Shown: in pieces, positions 45,800 to 49,301 of the stretch
Position numbering within the stretch: position 1 is the stretch's first letter
Layout: the number at the start of each line of letters is the position of its first letter
The notes under the pieces: model-generated
What the model was told of the DNA's origin: nothing
Databases searched by the model: none
Seen by the model: the letters and a program-made list of their open reading frames with translations, nothing else
From: Eubacteriales bacterium
Lineage (GTDB): Bacteria > Bacillota > Clostridia > Oscillospirales > UBA644
NCBI GenBank assembly: GCA_045637625.1
Contig: JAZTZU010000062.1
Location: forward strand, 1 to 49,301
Reading direction: 5' to 3'
DNA: 49,301 nt
Program-made: the position numbers and the translations under genes

Positions 45800-46627
45800 T
45801 CAGAATCTTCCGCCTCGTCCGCCATGGCTTCTTCCTGAGGATGCTCTGTGTACAGAGCTTCCACCGGATCTTCCGGAACGTGAGGAATTGTTGTTTCGTG
45901 CTTTCGGAACTCTTGAGACATTTTTATAGAGGAAGTTGTCTCTTGTTGCAGCTATTTGCAAACTGCTGTTTATTGCATAGTTTGATGCTGACTTTTGAGC
46001 ACCGACAGTTGTCAGCTTTGATTTTAATGATGACACATAGATTAATGCGATAATAAATCCTGCAATCAATGAAATTACTAAGGTTGTTCCTAAATCATAT
46101 TCGATTTCACTCTCATAATAAAAATCATCATAGAAAGGATCATTGTAGTCGTAGTCGTCATCATAATCGTCACCATAATCGACATTACCGTTAATGTGGT
46201 TTTCTGAAAGTATGATGAATGTATTGAATGCTTGACAGTAATCTCCGTTACTAAGATACCAGCTTGACTCTTCCCCGATATAGTCTAAAGTTGAATCGCT
46301 GAATCTGTTTATGGCTTCTCCTGAGGTTGAGATCCACCATTCTCTGCCACCCATATCTATCAGAAATAAAAGTCCGTTTTCTCCGTAGCCGTTATTGTCG
46401 TAGTAATCATCGGCATATTCCATGACGGATTTTCCGTTTGTGCTGTTTGTTGTTACAATTACGAGGTCGAATCCTGTTTTGGAGCTGACATCATTCAAAA
46501 GATTAAGAATTTCAGCTTCTTCAGTTGAATCAAGAAGATCTGCACCGTCGTTCAATCTTGGACTCATTGCAAATGCAGGAACGGAAAAGGCGAATAATGC
46601 GATAAATATAAATAATATTTTCTTCAT
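45800..46627 (-). CDS. TPM-domain (TLP18.3/Psb32/MOLO-1, UPF0603) protein with signal peptide, C-terminal transmembrane helix and Gly/Ser/Arg-rich tail (YdjH-like)
   Basis: Signal peptide MKKILFIFIALFAFSVPAFA, TPM core DLLDSTEEAEILNLLNDVSSKTGFDLVIVTT, acidic DYDDDYDY stretch, transmembrane helix, tail RSGRSGGSS...GGRGGRF. Confidence 0.75.
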   Translation of the reverse strand: MKKILFIFIALFAFSVPAFAMSPRLNDGADLLDSTEEAEILNLLNDVSSKTGFDLVIVTTNSTNGKSVMEYADDYYDNNGYGENGLLFLIDMGGREWWISTSGEAINRFSDSTLDYIGEESSWYLSNGDYCQAFNTFIILSENHINGNVDYGDDYDDDYDYNDPFYDDFYYESEIEYDLGTTLVISLIAGFIIALIYVSSLKSKLTTVGAQKSASNYAINSSLQIAATRDNFLYKNVSRVPKARNNNSSRSGRSGGSSVHRASSGRSHGGRGGRF

Positions 46628-46638
46628 CGTTTTTCCTC

Positions 46639-47724
46639 CTACATAAAAGAAAGTAAGGTTAGCAGTCCGAAAATTACTGCACCGATACCTGCTGTAAGAC
46701 CGAAGAGGTATTTGTAGTAGGCTTTACTGTCTACCGGCAGATTTCCGACGAATTTTCCTGTCTGCCCGTTCATTGCAAAGGTATATGTTTTATCCTGCCA
46801 TTTTGTGTTCAGAAGCCAGACTGGGTACAGAGCATATTTAGCACTACTCCGTGATAACTGAACACTGCTGTTTTCAGGTGTCAAAGAATTGTATCCGTCT
46901 ATAGTCTCGGCAAAAGCATCTTCGGTACTTCTTTTGATTCTTTCATTTGCGCGTGAAATGCTTTGTTCTTCGGTTACATCGTATTTATCGGCTAAGTAGC
47001 CTGCCAGATACGCTGTTTGGAAATCGACAGCCTCTTCGAAATTAAACGGTTCTATAGACTCCATCAAGTTGTCGTCAATTTTTGATGATCCGTCGACGGG
47101 AACGTTTTGGAAATCCAAAGATCCTTGACGAATAATTGAATATGTGGAGGTTTCCGTATAGTTATAGTTGAAGTCGCTCCAAACACGAATTTTTGTGCCT
47201 CTGTATCTGATATCTGCATTTGCATTTGCGTCGAACAGCCATACGGGAACGTATACCCCCTTGATTTCTTCAATATGATTTTCATCTTTGAAGACTTTAG
47301 GAAGTAGTTTTTTTCCTTCAAGATGTTTTCTTAAGCCTTCTTTTGCCGCTTCTTTATCCAGTTTGAATGGAATAACATAATCGGGCTTAAGATCTCCCTT
47401 AAAGTGTTCCTTCATCACAACCGGATTTCCGCAGAACGGACAATGGGTTGCTGCGGTCGTTTTATCTGTCAGGATTTCTCCGCCGCAGGAATTGCAAATG
47501 TAAGAGTTCAGATTTTCTCTGTCATCGCTGCTCCATTCCGATCCTGCGTTTTTTTCCCATTTAAAGTCGTCGGGCTTTTGACTTTTAAGTTCATCGTCAT
47601 ACTGTTTCAATGTTTCCATTTCAAACTCTGTATCACAATATGGGCATTTCATTTTCTGAATTGAACTGTCAAATTCTATTGCGCCGCCGCAGCACGGACA
47701 TTTATATTCAATTAAATTAACCAT
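46639..47724 (-). CDS. Zinc-ribbon membrane protein: two N-terminal CxxC...CxxC ribbons, C-terminal transmembrane anchor (YdjG-like)
   Basis: CPCCGG...CPYCD and CNSCGG...CPFCGN pairs. C-terminal hydrophobic helix LFGLTAGIGAVIFGLLTLLSF. Confidence 0.65.
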   Translation of the reverse strand: MVNLIEYKCPCCGGAIEFDSSIQKMKCPYCDTEFEMETLKQYDDELKSQKPDDFKWEKNAGSEWSSDDRENLNSYICNSCGGEILTDKTTAATHCPFCGNPVVMKEHFKGDLKPDYVIPFKLDKEAAKEGLRKHLEGKKLLPKVFKDENHIEEIKGVYVPVWLFDANANADIRYRGTKIRVWSDFNYNYTETSTYSIIRQGSLDFQNVPVDGSSKIDDNLMESIEPFNFEEAVDFQTAYLAGYLADKYDVTEEQSISRANERIKRSTEDAFAETIDGYNSLTPENSSVQLSRSSAKYALYPVWLLNTKWQDKTYTFAMNGQTGKFVGNLPVDSKAYYKYLFGLTAGIGAVIFGLLTLLSFM

Positions 47725-47735
47725 TTACATCATCC

Positions 47736-49055
47736 TTATTTGATGTCTTCATCTGTGAATCTGTCTCCACATTCAGGACAGAATTTTGGTGGATTCTTGG
47801 GATCTTCAGGTTCCCAACCGCATTTGTCACATCTGTAAAGAGGTTCGTTTGGAGGTCTTTTAGCTCCGCATTCAGGGCAGAAATTTCCTTTGTTTACAGA
47901 ACCGCATTTACAGGTCCAACCGTCGTTTTCAGGTTTTTTTGCTCCGCATTCAGTACAGAATTTACCGTTTGCCATTGCACCGCATGATGGACATTTCCAT
48001 GAATTTGAATTCGTTTCTTTGGTTTCGGGAGCTTTTGTTTCCTGCTTTTTAGCACCCATTTCAAAAAGGTTTTGTGCGTTGAAACCGCCTGCATTCTGTG
48101 CCATTCCCATGCCCATAAAACCTGTCATTGCGCCACCTTCGTTTGCTGCCGCAGTTTTCATTGCGTCCGCCTGAGCGCCTATGAGTGTTGCTGCTGCCAT
48201 TGTAGGATCTCTCATGATAGCTGATCGCTGCGCCTGTTTGATAAGCTCTGAATCTTCTTCGGGAAGTGTTACTGAACCAAGAGCAACACTTACAACTTTA
48301 AGACCTCTGAGTTCACCCCATTTTGTGGAGAGTGCCTCATTCATTGCGTTTTCTAGGTCAGTATTGTGTGTAACTATTTGATTAGGTCTGAGTTCTTTTT
48401 CTGAAAGTTTTCCAAATGCGGGCTGAAGGGCACTTATAAATTCTGTTTTCAGCTGTCCTTCAATATCTTCTCTGGTATATTGACTTTCAATATTTCCGCA
48501 AACATTGGTATAGAAAAGTAATGGGTTTGTGATCTTATAGGAGTAAACACCGGAACATCTGACCGAAACGTCAATGTCTAATCCGATAGATCTGTCTACA
48601 ACTCTGAAAGGTATGGGATTGGGTGTTCCGAATTTGTTATCAATAAGTTCTTTAGTATTGAAATAATATATTCGTTGATCTTTGCCAGTATCTCCCCCAT
48701 AAGTAAATCTCTTACCGATCGTTTTGAATGTGGCGAGAATTGACTCACCGAGATTTCCGGCAAAAATACTGGGTTCTGTAGATTTGTCGTATGTAAACTC
48801 ACCCGGTTCGGCACAGACTTCTACGATTTTGCCTTGCTCGACAATAATCATACACTGTCCGTCTGCAACCGCAATTCCTGAGCCGTTTGAAATTATATTG
48901 TCTTCACCTTTAGTGTTTGAAGATCGTCCGCTTGTTTTTTTCTGACCCTTTGTTACAAGTACGTTTGAGTCAAGTGCGTCACAGTAAAAATACTCTTTCC
49001 ATTGATCAGCCAATGTTCCGCCTAATGCGCCAAGTCCTGCTTTAATAAGTCCCAT
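47736..49055 (-). CDS. SPFH/band-7 (Band_7_1, flotillin/stomatin-like) protein with Gly/Met-rich linker and three C-terminal zinc ribbons (YdjI-like)
   Basis: SPFH core followed by GGAMTGFMGMGMAQNAGG linker, then CPSCG..CTECGAK, CKCG..CPECGAK, CDKCG..CPECGD. Confidence 0.75.
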   Translation of the reverse strand: MGLIKAGLGALGGTLADQWKEYFYCDALDSNVLVTKGQKKTSGRSSNTKGEDNIISNGSGIAVADGQCMIIVEQGKIVEVCAEPGEFTYDKSTEPSIFAGNLGESILATFKTIGKRFTYGGDTGKDQRIYYFNTKELIDNKFGTPNPIPFRVVDRSIGLDIDVSVRCSGVYSYKITNPLLFYTNVCGNIESQYTREDIEGQLKTEFISALQPAFGKLSEKELRPNQIVTHNTDLENAMNEALSTKWGELRGLKVVSVALGSVTLPEEDSELIKQAQRSAIMRDPTMAAATLIGAQADAMKTAAANEGGAMTGFMGMGMAQNAGGFNAQNLFEMGAKKQETKAPETKETNSNSWKCPSCGAMANGKFCTECGAKKPENDGWTCKCGSVNKGNFCPECGAKRPPNEPLYRCDKCGWEPEDPKNPPKFCPECGDRFTDEDIK

Positions 49056-49094
49056 TTGTAAGTCTCCTTTATTATGAATGTATTTTACTATTTT

Positions 49095-49123
49095 ATTATA
49101 GCAAAATTATTTTTCATTGTCAA
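49095..49123 (-). promoter_or_regulatory. Sigma-A-type promoter (TTGACA-17-TATAAT) of the SPFH/zinc-ribbon/TPM operon
   Basis: Perfect hexamers ~40 nt upstream of the ATG. Ribosome-binding site AAAGGAGA. Confidence 0.55.
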
Positions 49124-49242
49124 TCGTTGTAATATAAATGTCTTTAAATATCCGAAAATTGACGGGAAATAAAAGATTTTAGTCTGTGTCTTCCAGTATA
49201 TTTTTTACTTTATAGTATAAAAACGCAGGTAGGGGCGATATA

Positions 49243-49301
49243 ATGAAGAAATACGTAGAAATTTATGAAAAAACTTTTTTTCTGTTGATTCTTTCATTTT
49301 T
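49243..49301 (+). CDS. 5' fragment of a gene running off the window (MKKYVEIYEKTFFLLILSF...)
   Basis: ATG preceded by AGGTAGGGG. Hydrophobic continuation suggests a membrane or secreted protein. Only 19 codons visible. Confidence 0.3.
   Translation, partial: MKKYVEIYEKTFFLLILSF

Overview
49.3-kb chromosomal segment of an AT-rich, low-GC Firmicutes (Clostridia-like) anaerobe. Lineage markers: type-III glutamine synthetase, 2-oxoacid:ferredoxin oxidoreductase, the YlbJ sporulation membrane protein, the NiaR regulator, and TGnTATAAT extended -10 promoters. Genes are tightly packed, and from 177 to 34803 almost everything is on the minus strand. Recognisable core content: comEB (dCMP deaminase), tRNA-Asn, glnN, a HelD-type helicase, pyrB with an unusual C-terminal PyrI-type zinc domain, ylbJ, metG, a YtrA-like GntR/ABC-transporter operon with an associated exported protein, an orphan solute-binding lipoprotein, an AMP-forming acyl-CoA synthetase with an XRE-cupin regulator next to a four-subunit 2-oxoacid:ferredoxin oxidoreductase (korDABG-like), trmO, a XerC/D-type recombinase, a carbohydrate-esterase operon that embeds a stand-alone AAA_21-type ATPase, nadA-nadB-nadC-niaR, a tRNA-Leu(TAA)/initiator tRNA-fMet pair, an XRE regulator, a hypoxanthine-DNA-glycosylase-like gene co-transcribed with a ZIP zinc transporter, a GH27/36-like hydrolase and a NifX-like protein with a His/Cys tail. 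The right-hand 10 kb is the least conventional. A TraB/DUF5694-like gene is bracketed by a ~95-bp direct repeat that includes a fossil gene 3' end. An ECF sigma factor is fused to a ~370-aa soluble C-terminal extension. A 1174-aa cytoplasmic protein has no recognisable motifs. An SPFH(band-7)/zinc-ribbon/TPM envelope-stress module resembling Bacillus ydjG-ydjH-ydjI lacks pspA and appears to be read through into the giant gene. Two GC-rich, hairpin-dense non-coding patches (52-153 and 1700-2045) look like structured RNAs or repeat arrays. No CRISPR, transposase or prophage was found. All protein assignments are by motif recognition and recalled family knowledge only; no searches were run.
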